Below are positions 56,843 to 64,000 of a stretch of 64,000 bases of DNA, in pieces. Positions within the stretch are counted from its first letter, which is position 1. Each line of letters begins with the position of its first letter. The stretch covers positions 64,001-128,000 of IMG/VR virus record IMGVR_UViG_3300020391_000003. One strand, written 5' to 3'. Source of the DNA: a virus. The position numbers were made by a program, and so were the translations under genes. The notes beneath the pieces were generated by a model. It was not told where the DNA came from. It searched no databases and saw only the letters and a list, made by a program, of their open reading frames with translations.

Positions 56843-57040
56843 TTAATGTATATTATATAAACCACCTTTTCGCGGTGTATTTATAATCATATTTTGCATC
56901 ATGTTTTGAATTACTATTTGTTGTTTTAATTCTTGTATTTGTAGATTTTGTTTTTGAATTACTTTGTGTTGATCCCACGCAAACCACGACAAGAAAAAGA
57001 TGAGCAACAGCAAACTTATTGTTCCTAAATGATCATTCAC
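56843..57040 (-). CDS. Small membrane-anchored coiled-coil protein
   Basis: N-terminal TM helix followed by Gln-rich coil. Confidence 0.55.
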   Translation of the reverse strand: MNDHLGTISLLLLIFFLSWFAWDQHKVIQKQNLQIQELKQQIVIQNMMQNMIINTPRKGGLYNIH

Positions 57041-57322
57041 ATCTTATTGTAGTAACTTTGTTTTATTTTTTCTATAGCCAATTCAAGATCGTAATTGTTT
57101 TCCTTTGCGTATCTTTGAAAAGTTTTAAATTCTATACCTTTATGAATATCATTAAATTCACTTTTTTTGATATAAAATTCATAATACCATGCTGAAATTA
57201 ATTCTGAAGTATTCATTTTATTGTATTTGAATATACAATATACACATTTAATATAAGAATATAATGTGTGCAGAAAGAATCTGCAAACAACTTTAAAGTC
57301 TAAAATAGTGTATATAAATTAG

Positions 57323-58705
57323 ATGGCAAGTTTACCAAAATTTCAATTCACTATGGGGTTGCATGCTCAGGTTGGGGTTAGCCCCAATATATATGTAAAC
57401 ATTTGGACCATAACTAATGTAGAAATGATCGATGCCGGAAGCGGAATTCAAAACAGCGCTTTTGTTCAGCTTGAAAACTTGAGCACTGTGTATCACGCTC
57501 CCGGTACGGGTGGTAGCGCTCAAGTAGGATATCCTAATAATTTTAATTTCAGAAGACCAATCATTGGACAAACAAGTTTAAGTCATTTAACTGGCACCGG
57601 AAGAAACGGAGGCGTTTTTTCTAATTCATTAAAAGATGCCACATTCAATATAACTGTAGATCCATCTACTCAGGCGGTAAGTGGAATATCTCTTCAGAAT
57701 GGAGGATTTTATTATGGAATTGGGCAGTCAAATCAAAGTATTACCACTGACTGGCGCTCTTGGGTCGGAAGGAGCGCTGGAAACTTAAACACAACATTGA
57801 GTGCAGATGGAGGATACTTTCTGGGGCTGCCCGCAGAGCTTAAGATTAATGATGTTGAAACAAGACAAGCTAGCAGCAAACAATCAAGGCCAAATAACCC
57901 TGTCTATGAAAATGTTAGCGATATTTTTACATATAGTTTTCTAGGCAAAGACGCAACAGGTAAAATCAGAAGAGGTGTTGAGCCTTATTATGCGCCTAAA
58001 AACCCAACTCAACTTGGTGGATATACTTTTACAGCAGACTATAATTTACATACCGCAACTGTTTTTGCTGATGCGGGTAGTACCACTACCGAAGGAGTAA
58101 TTCAGGCTAGATTTAACAGTCCCAACGCAACAGTATACGGAATTACAGCTCCAATTTTAGGTTTAAATTCTAGCTCAAAAAATTCTATGTTTGCTCAACC
58201 CTCTGATCCAACCCCGGATCCAGATAAAGGTTTGAAAATCTATGAATTGCCCGAAACAAATGCTGAAGAATTTGACAAAACAAATAGATTTGTAATAGTT
58301 CAACAGCCTAGCGGTGAATTATTTAAAATGAGTGCGTTTCCTTTTTCTTCTGCTCAAGGGGTAGATGGAATAGAATTTTTTGACGAAGAAATTGTGGTTG
58401 AGAACATGAGAATTAATACCTCACAAGTAAAAGAAATAGATATCCCGGCACATGATTTAAGGGGATTTGTGCCAGATTCAGCAAATTTTGTTATTATAAC
58501 AATAGAATTTGGCACCGCATTATATCCGTTTCTATCGTGTACGCTTGGAAACTGCTTTACATATATGGTTTCAAGGGGTGATGGGGACAATGCTCCAAGA
58601 TCAAATCAAGTTTTTGTTCCGATTGTTAATGGAAGATTATTGATAACAAATGTTGAGGTTAGGGCAAGTGGATTTTTAATAATTAAACTTCATGGCTACG
58701 GATAA
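57323..58705 (+). CDS. Probable tail fibre/baseplate-associated protein
   Basis: G/T/N-rich; C-terminal module repeated in the next two genes. Confidence 0.6.
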   Translation: MASLPKFQFTMGLHAQVGVSPNIYVNIWTITNVEMIDAGSGIQNSAFVQLENLSTVYHAPGTGGSAQVGYPNNFNFRRPIIGQTSLSHLTGTGRNGGVFSNSLKDATFNITVDPSTQAVSGISLQNGGFYYGIGQSNQSITTDWRSWVGRSAGNLNTTLSADGGYFLGLPAELKINDVETRQASSKQSRPNNPVYENVSDIFTYSFLGKDATGKIRRGVEPYYAPKNPTQLGGYTFTADYNLHTATVFADAGSTTTEGVIQARFNSPNATVYGITAPILGLNSSSKNSMFAQPSDPTPDPDKGLKIYELPETNAEEFDKTNRFVIVQQPSGELFKMSAFPFSSAQGVDGIEFFDEEIVVENMRINTSQVKEIDIPAHDLRGFVPDSANFVIITIEFGTALYPFLSCTLGNCFTYMVSRGDGDNAPRSNQVFVPIVNGRLLITNVEVRASGFLIIKLHGYG

Positions 58706-59273
58706 AGAAATTAAAGACTTTCCGATTATCATCGGTTCGGAATTTGACACATCAAAAGATTTATTTTTGTTGCCAGGAGATGGATCTGTTCATCCGACAA
58801 GCACTGTTGTTGCTGACGCAGTATTAGACAATTTAAAAAAACAGCAAGGTTTAGTTAACCATAAGCAAATTAAAAGTCTAAATTTATTTTCCGAGTGGGA
58901 CGGATTTAAGCTGAGCGCTGCATCTACAAATATAGTAGATGAATGGGCGGGTCTTAGGCAGGAATCGAGTATTAGAACCTATGATTTAAGTAACCTTGGT
59001 ATTCCTGATAATACTAAAGCGGTTTACGTAAAAATATTCATTCATGGAAGTTATCCCGCATTGCATATGACTTACTATAAAAGCTCCACCGCTACCTCTG
59101 GTCATACTATGAATAATCTGCAAAAAGGGAAATCTAGGGGAGCAGCAGAAGCGTGGCAACTGTGGATGCCGGTGAATGAAAAAAAAATATTCATAAAATG
59201 GAGATATACTAGAGCCACCGGAGTGGATGGGGCTCAATCTATCGTACAATTAATGGTATCATCATATATATAA
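58692..59273 (+). CDS. Tail-associated module paralog 2
   Basis: IKDFP..EFDTSKDLFLL / DLSNLGIPDNTKAV / QLWMPV. Confidence 0.55.
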   Translation: MATDKEIKDFPIIIGSEFDTSKDLFLLPGDGSVHPTSTVVADAVLDNLKKQQGLVNHKQIKSLNLFSEWDGFKLSAASTNIVDEWAGLRQESSIRTYDLSNLGIPDNTKAVYVKIFIHGSYPALHMTYYKSSTATSGHTMNNLQKGKSRGAAEAWQLWMPVNEKKIFIKWRYTRATGVDGAQSIVQLMVSSYI

Positions 59274-59878
59274 TGAACAAAAATATAGAAACCTTACCAA
59301 TTTTAAATACAGACGACTTTGATTCTAGTCAAGATTTGCTTTTATTACAAAAGACTCAAGTCGGAGGGGTGGGTGAGCCTTCGATTTTTAGTTTAACAGG
59401 AGATTTAGCTAGTAACCAAGTAGCTATTCGTAATGCAAGCATAAGATTTTTACCGCAAGAGATGCATATTGATAAATTTTTTTATTCTGAAGGAGATCGC
59501 AATAAACAAGAATACGCTCAAAATGTATTTAGATCTCAAAACTTAACATCTTACGGAGTTCCTTCAAGTGCAAACCATGTCTTACTTAGCGTAGTTGATT
59601 CGACTCGAGCGGGGGGAAATGCAGGAAGAACATTTCATATAAGATTTTTTTATGGAAAATATCCAGAAGCGCTTAATGTCAACAATTATCTATTCCAGGA
59701 TTTTGTTAGACATTATACAAGCAAACAATCTCAGGACGAGGGATATCCAATTATGCACACAGATCAGTTTTGGCTTCCTGTTTTCGAAAATACCGGAGAC
59801 GATTCCAAAAAATTAATCTATCATAAAGCTAATTTAGTAAATGTAGACTTAGATTTTTATATTATAGCTTATTCATAA
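59273..59878 (+). CDS. Tail-associated module paralog 3
   Basis: IETLP..DFDSSQDLLLL / NLTSYGVPSSANHV / QFWLPV. Confidence 0.55.
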   Translation: MNKNIETLPILNTDDFDSSQDLLLLQKTQVGGVGEPSIFSLTGDLASNQVAIRNASIRFLPQEMHIDKFFYSEGDRNKQEYAQNVFRSQNLTSYGVPSSANHVLLSVVDSTRAGGNAGRTFHIRFFYGKYPEALNVNNYLFQDFVRHYTSKQSQDEGYPIMHTDQFWLPVFENTGDDSKKLIYHKANLVNVDLDFYIIAYS

Positions 59879-60036
59879 TGCCATTACCAAAACCAAATAA
59901 AAACGAAAAAAACAGCAAGTTTATGACGCGCTGTATTTCTCAATTAGAATCCAAAAAAGAATTCAAAGATAACAAGCAAAGAATTGCTGTTTGTTACAGC
60001 CAATTGGCTAGAAACAAAAGCAAAAAAAAGTCTTGA
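59878..60036 (+). CDS. Small basic phage protein (52 aa, not in track)
   Basis: MPLPKPNKNEKNSKFMTRCISQLESKKEFKDNKQRIAVCYSQ; TAATG coupling. Confidence 0.65.
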   Translation: MPLPKPNKNEKNSKFMTRCISQLESKKEFKDNKQRIAVCYSQLARNKSKKKS

Positions 60037-60067
60037 CATTTTAGCACAAATTTGAGATAATTCCAGT

Positions 60068-61477
60068 ATGAAATATTGGATATTATTTTTAATTAGTTTT
60101 ACTTTATGTGCGAATACCTATGATGAAGTTTTTATCAGTGGAAATTCAGATAATCGATTGGACATTGTTTTTGCTCAGCCAGAAAATGAAAATCCAAATT
60201 TAATACCAGATGTATCGAAAATGTGGAATGATGCCTGCGACTACTATCCATTTTACAAAAGATACAAAAACTTTTTCAATGTTCATGTAATCAGTAGAAA
60301 TGATTTTTTAATGCACGATGAATTATGGAATAGCGGCTATTACCAAAGAAATAATTTTAAATTAATTGATGCTAATTTTTCAAAACGCGATCTGGGTTTT
60401 ATGATGAGATTTCCTTTATCTAATAATGGGTGGGCTGCAGACTCATACTTGGAAGAAGGGCGGCTTGGGGCAATGATGGGCACAAATTTCAAAATTTTCG
60501 CCCACGAAATGGGGCATATGTTGGGAGACTTATATGACACCTATTTAAATTACATAGATAGTCATACTCATTATCCTCAAAACATAATTGTGCCAGAAAA
60601 TCACCCTATTTTTCTTGCAAAATGGTTTTATCCCAAGCTTAAGCCAGGGTTTGATAAATGGAGTAGATGGCAAGATTATGAAGATCCAATTACAGGCATC
60701 AAAATAGATGGCCCTTTTATGGAGCATACAGAGCCTCATTCTAGTGAAGACATTTTTAATTATTGGAGAACAACAAGTGATACCACATTAATGAGATCAT
60801 GGAATGCAGAGGGAGCCTTTTTGTGCCCAGTAGAGCGAGAGCATATGGTTTTGTCTCTTCATAAATACATCGACCCACTAGATTCATATTCAGACAATAA
60901 TTTATCGATCAATGATTTTGATGTTTTAGAAGCAAATGTGGTGGATAAAGATGTGATTGATGTTTTGTGGAGCGTAAATGGAGAGCCCATTTCAAATCAG
61001 CATTTTCTTGCGATCAAAGATTTAAATTTAACTCAAGATACCAACATCACACTCACTGCATGGGACAACACACTCAATCACGATTACGAAACTGACAATC
61101 GTGGCGGCTGGGTACGAACAGAAGATTTTTTAACAACTTATTCTACTGGCCCTGAGGGTGTAATTTCAGAAAGAGACGAAAGCAATAAGCTCACACAAAT
61201 TATTGATTATAATTATGCCAAAAACTCTGAAATTAAAAAATGGCATGATTTGATTCCAAATGTTGTTGGTAATTGGAAGCAATCAAACTGGTTTGGGGTG
61301 TTTGGCGTTTTTCAAAATGATTGGATTTATCACGAAAAATTAGCTTGGATTTATGTTCATCAGGCAGAGAGAGGCTTATGGTTGTATCTTGAGGGTGCAG
61401 GATGGCATTGGACAAATACAACCTCTTATCCTTACCTTTACTCGCAAACCAAAAGCGAGTGGATTTGGGTGTATTAA
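60068..61477 (+). CDS. Secreted zinc metallopeptidase (M64-like) with Trp/Gly-rich C-terminal domain
   Basis: Signal peptide; FAHEMGH..LYDTY HExxH; LMRS..FLCPVERE; C-terminal WFG..WIYHEKLAWIYV. Confidence 0.7.
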   Translation: MKYWILFLISFTLCANTYDEVFISGNSDNRLDIVFAQPENENPNLIPDVSKMWNDACDYYPFYKRYKNFFNVHVISRNDFLMHDELWNSGYYQRNNFKLIDANFSKRDLGFMMRFPLSNNGWAADSYLEEGRLGAMMGTNFKIFAHEMGHMLGDLYDTYLNYIDSHTHYPQNIIVPENHPIFLAKWFYPKLKPGFDKWSRWQDYEDPITGIKIDGPFMEHTEPHSSEDIFNYWRTTSDTTLMRSWNAEGAFLCPVEREHMVLSLHKYIDPLDSYSDNNLSINDFDVLEANVVDKDVIDVLWSVNGEPISNQHFLAIKDLNLTQDTNITLTAWDNTLNHDYETDNRGGWVRTEDFLTTYSTGPEGVISERDESNKLTQIIDYNYAKNSEIKKWHDLIPNVVGNWKQSNWFGVFGVFQNDWIYHEKLAWIYVHQAERGLWLYLEGAGWHWTNTTSYPYLYSQTKSEWIWVY

Positions 61478-61516
61478 TCCCTCTTTTTTCCTTTAATTCT
61501 TTTGATTTCGTCGGGC
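61464..61516 (+). repeat. 53-bp perfect direct repeat, left copy
   Basis: TTTGGGTGTATTAATCCCTC...GATTTCGTCGGGC, identical to 63100-63152. Confidence 0.95.
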
Positions 61517-61538
61517 CCTATATCATTTAAAAATATAT

Positions 61539-62540
61539 TTATAAAAAATAACCAACAGATGGTTCTGGTTTAACATAAAAATATCCGTATTTTTTCATAA
61601 AAATATCCAATTTTATTTTCAAATCGTGTTTATTAATTTCAGAATCTTTTAAACCATATTGTTTAAATACTTTTACATATGTAGATGATATTTTTGGTTT
61701 ATGTATAACAGCATGATAAATCAAACTATATAAATGCATTTCATTGTTTGGAATATAAAAACCATTCGGATGTTTTATCCTTGTATCTAAGATATCTTTT
61801 TGGAGTTTTTTATCATAATAATTATCACCTATCGATCTAAAATCAAATAAAACTTTTTTATTATTTATAATAACATAATTGAGTATTCTGTGTTTCCCAT
61901 CTTCATATCTATCATTTATTGCAGAAGTACCATCTAGAATATTTTTTACTAAATAATAATCACTAACCAATAAATCTACGTCTAAATGATCATCTATAAT
62001 AATATTATTAGGCATACCTTCAAAATTACGCATAACAACCCATTTAAGTTTAGGATGTTTGTTTAATTCCTGAAAAACTTCTTCTAATGATGAAAACTCT
62101 TTATGTTTATAAAATGTTTTATAAAGACCTAATGACTTTAAATTATCTTTTGTTTCTTGTATGTTATCTGTTGCATGTATCTTACATCCTCCAGTAATTT
62201 TACGTAATGATATTTTTAAATCAAATAAATTAATATTTACTTTACGATTGCCTTTTGATGTTTTTCTATAATCATAAATAGGATTACTATCTTTAATTAT
62301 ATATATATTGAACATAGTGCTTCCACGAAAGTCATCTACAGAAACGTTATAAAATTTTGAAATGATTTCTTTTTTTTGTTTTAATTTTTTATGTGTTATT
62401 TTTTTTATAATATGAAGTGAATCCGTTAATTTATTTTCTAATTCATTAAAATGACACGTCCAATCAATTAATATATGTAATTCCGATATATTATCCATTA
62501 ATTTTAACCTTTTTAAATTTGTTTTATCACTTGATGCCAT
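61539..62540 (-). CDS. Hypothetical protein, possible nucleotidyltransferase-like C-terminal half
   Basis: WVVMRN..DVDLLV DxD pattern; YSLIYHAVIHK. Confidence 0.55.
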   Translation of the reverse strand: MASSDKTNLKRLKLMDNISELHILIDWTCHFNELENKLTDSLHIIKKITHKKLKQKKEIISKFYNVSVDDFRGSTMFNIYIIKDSNPIYDYRKTSKGNRKVNINLFDLKISLRKITGGCKIHATDNIQETKDNLKSLGLYKTFYKHKEFSSLEEVFQELNKHPKLKWVVMRNFEGMPNNIIIDDHLDVDLLVSDYYLVKNILDGTSAINDRYEDGKHRILNYVIINNKKVLFDFRSIGDNYYDKKLQKDILDTRIKHPNGFYIPNNEMHLYSLIYHAVIHKPKISSTYVKVFKQYGLKDSEINKHDLKIKLDIFMKKYGYFYVKPEPSVGYFL

Positions 62541-62568
62541 TTATATAATAATATAAATAATATTTTAA

Positions 62569-63075
62569 TTAAATTAAATGTAATCTTTCTAATGCGTTTT
62601 TATCTTGATTATACCCTCCTGGTTTATCTTTATTTTTACAATTCCACAGATCAATACCACAATCTAATTGTTTATTTATGGAGCCCCAACCAAAATCACA
62701 TAAATATATTTTATCATTAATATCAATTAAAATCTCTCCAATTTTAATATCATTATGTTGAACATTAACACTTTTCATATCACTAAGTATTTTGTTAAAT
62801 TGTTCTTTTAAATTCTTAGGTTTATTTTTTCTAGTTACTGGAACACCTACATTACTATATACTAAAAACTTATTGATATCATCTGAATAAAGTAGTTTTG
62901 GGAACCAGTCAAAATCCTTTAAAATTGATGCTAGGTATTTTTCTCTTTCATAAATATTATACTCTTTGTATTTTATCACATATTTAATAAATAAAAAAGG
63001 GCTTGTGAATGATGCACTGGTGGCTCCTTCATCTATGATGTTAATATCATTTTTAAGATTTATATTAGATTTCAT
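62569..63075 (-). CDS. Kinase-like (RIO/Kdo/APH-type) phosphotransferase
   Basis: VIKY, REKY, FPKLL, QHNDIK..ILI..YLCDFGW. Confidence 0.7.
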   Translation of the reverse strand: MKSNINLKNDINIIDEGATSASFTSPFLFIKYVIKYKEYNIYEREKYLASILKDFDWFPKLLYSDDINKFLVYSNVGVPVTRKNKPKNLKEQFNKILSDMKSVNVQHNDIKIGEILIDINDKIYLCDFGWGSINKQLDCGIDLWNCKNKDKPGGYNQDKNALERLHLI

Positions 63076-63099
63076 TATAAAGTACTAATATAAATTATG

Positions 63100-63152
63100 T
63101 TTGGGTGTATTAATCCCTCTTTTTTCCTTTAATTCTTTTGATTTCGTCGGGC
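63100..63152 (+). repeat. 53-bp perfect direct repeat, right copy
   Basis: Contains the last 13 codons and stop of the 63110-63304 gene. Confidence 0.95.
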
Positions 63153-63304
63153 AATATTTTTACAACCTTATCGGTTTTATTTTCCATCATAAGTTCTGCT
63201 GGAGTAGAGCCGTTTAGTCTGGCGTTTTCTGTTTTAAGCCAAGACGTCGATTGATAAGAATTTAAATTTTTGCTAAGAGTTTCAAGTATAGACTTTTGCG
63301 ACAT
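63110..63304 (-). CDS. Xre/MbcA/ParS antitoxin C-terminal-domain-like protein
   Basis: SWLKTENARLNGSTPAELM matches the WL..PN..L.G..P..L pattern. Confidence 0.65.
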   Translation of the reverse strand: MSQKSILETLSKNLNSYQSTSWLKTENARLNGSTPAELMMENKTDKVVKILPDEIKRIKGKKRD

Positions 63305-63356
63305 ATTATATATTACACATAAATATATATATTTAAAATAAGTGTATACATATACA

Positions 63357-64000
63357 TGAGCAAAAAAACGTTTCTACCCGAGATAACAGAAAATAAGAAG
63401 CTTGCGGTTTTAAGCCAGGTGATAGATTGGGGCTTAGATCAAGCGAATGTGCCTGAAACATGGAAAACAACACAGGGAGAAGGAATTACTATTCTGGTGA
63501 TTGACACAGGATTTCCTACTCACGATGATATAGGTGATAATGCAATTAAAGGAAAAAATTGTATTCCCACAGAGCCTTTAGAAGATGAAAATGGTCACCA
63601 AAGTCACTGCGTGGGAATAATTTGTGCTAAAAACAATAACCAGGGAATGGTAGGTGTTGCGCCGAAAGCTAAAGCTCTTTGCGTAAAAGCTCTATCAAAA
63701 TTTGGATCTGGAACCTATGCGCAGTTAGCAGAAGCCTTGCAATATGCAATCGAAACAAAACCAGATATAGTTTCTATGAGTCTTGGAGGCAACTCTTACG
63801 ATGCAGATATGCATGAAAAGATAAAGCAATTATATAAAATGAATATTCCAGTAATTTGTGCTGCAGGAAATACCGGAAGAGGAGGAGTAAACTGGCCTGC
63901 TGCATATCCCCAAACAATTGCGGTAGCAGCTCATGATAAACATGGTAAAATAGCTCGGTTTTCTTCTAGAGGAGAAAGAGTAGAATGGGCTGCACCAGGA
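63357..64000 (+). CDS. Subtilisin-like S8 serine protease, 3'-truncated by the window edge (not in track)
   Basis: Manual translation: VIDTG (Asp), NGHQSHCVG (His), GVAPKA, SMSLG, CAAGN, FSSRG..AAPG. Confidence 0.9.

Larger units (their letters stand above)
61517..63099 (-). mobile_element. Low-GC two-gene insert bounded by 53-bp direct repeats; no recombinase
   Basis: Flanking exact repeats and an abrupt drop in GC. Confidence 0.6.

Noticed and set aside
976-61421. Most nested or antisense ORFs in the track (e.g. 4858-5157, 27653-28063, 42229-42630, 44218-44610, 50222-50650, 37969-38161)
   Set aside because: They overlap better-supported genes, lack promoters or motifs, and are explained as shadows of real coding frames
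1-64000. Stop-codon reassignment (alternative genetic code)
   Set aside because: Long genes (rIIA, ligase, the 820-aa protein) are uninterrupted in the standard code, and TAA, TAG and TGA all end genes at sensible junctions

Overview
64 kb segment of a large, AT-rich lytic tailed-phage genome (T4-like markers rIIA, rIIB, ATP-dependent ligase and PhoH; standard genetic code; no integrase or bacterial housekeeping operons). The host is probably a marine Verrucomicrobia/Opitutales-type bacterium (inference from the SdhC type, the RmlD-like protein and a Trp/Gly-rich C-terminal domain). Layout: 1-8 kb nucleotide metabolism and recombination genes plus a tmRNA; 8.7-18 kb glycosyltransferases, sulfotransferase, APS kinase-nucleotidyltransferase fusion, SdhC, quinone-reductase-like flavoprotein, tRNA-Thr and pyrophosphatase; 18-50 kb many small genes, many directly behind their own sigma70-type promoter; 50-64 kb PhoH, virion/tail-like proteins, peptidases and a low-GC cassette bounded by a 53-bp direct repeat. 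Best leads: (1) an unannotated structured RNA gene with its own promoter, boxA-like element and terminator at 38.9-39.26 kb; (2) a family of GC-palindrome + ATTGTGCAA + promoter elements punctuating the 39.7-50.1 kb small-gene block; (3) a possible phage-encoded PAPS/sulfated-glycan pathway; (4) a lone SdhC; (5) a two-class promoter code (leaderless sigma70 promoters and a GTGTA-N9/10-start motif). All product calls come from manual motif recognition; no database searches were run.
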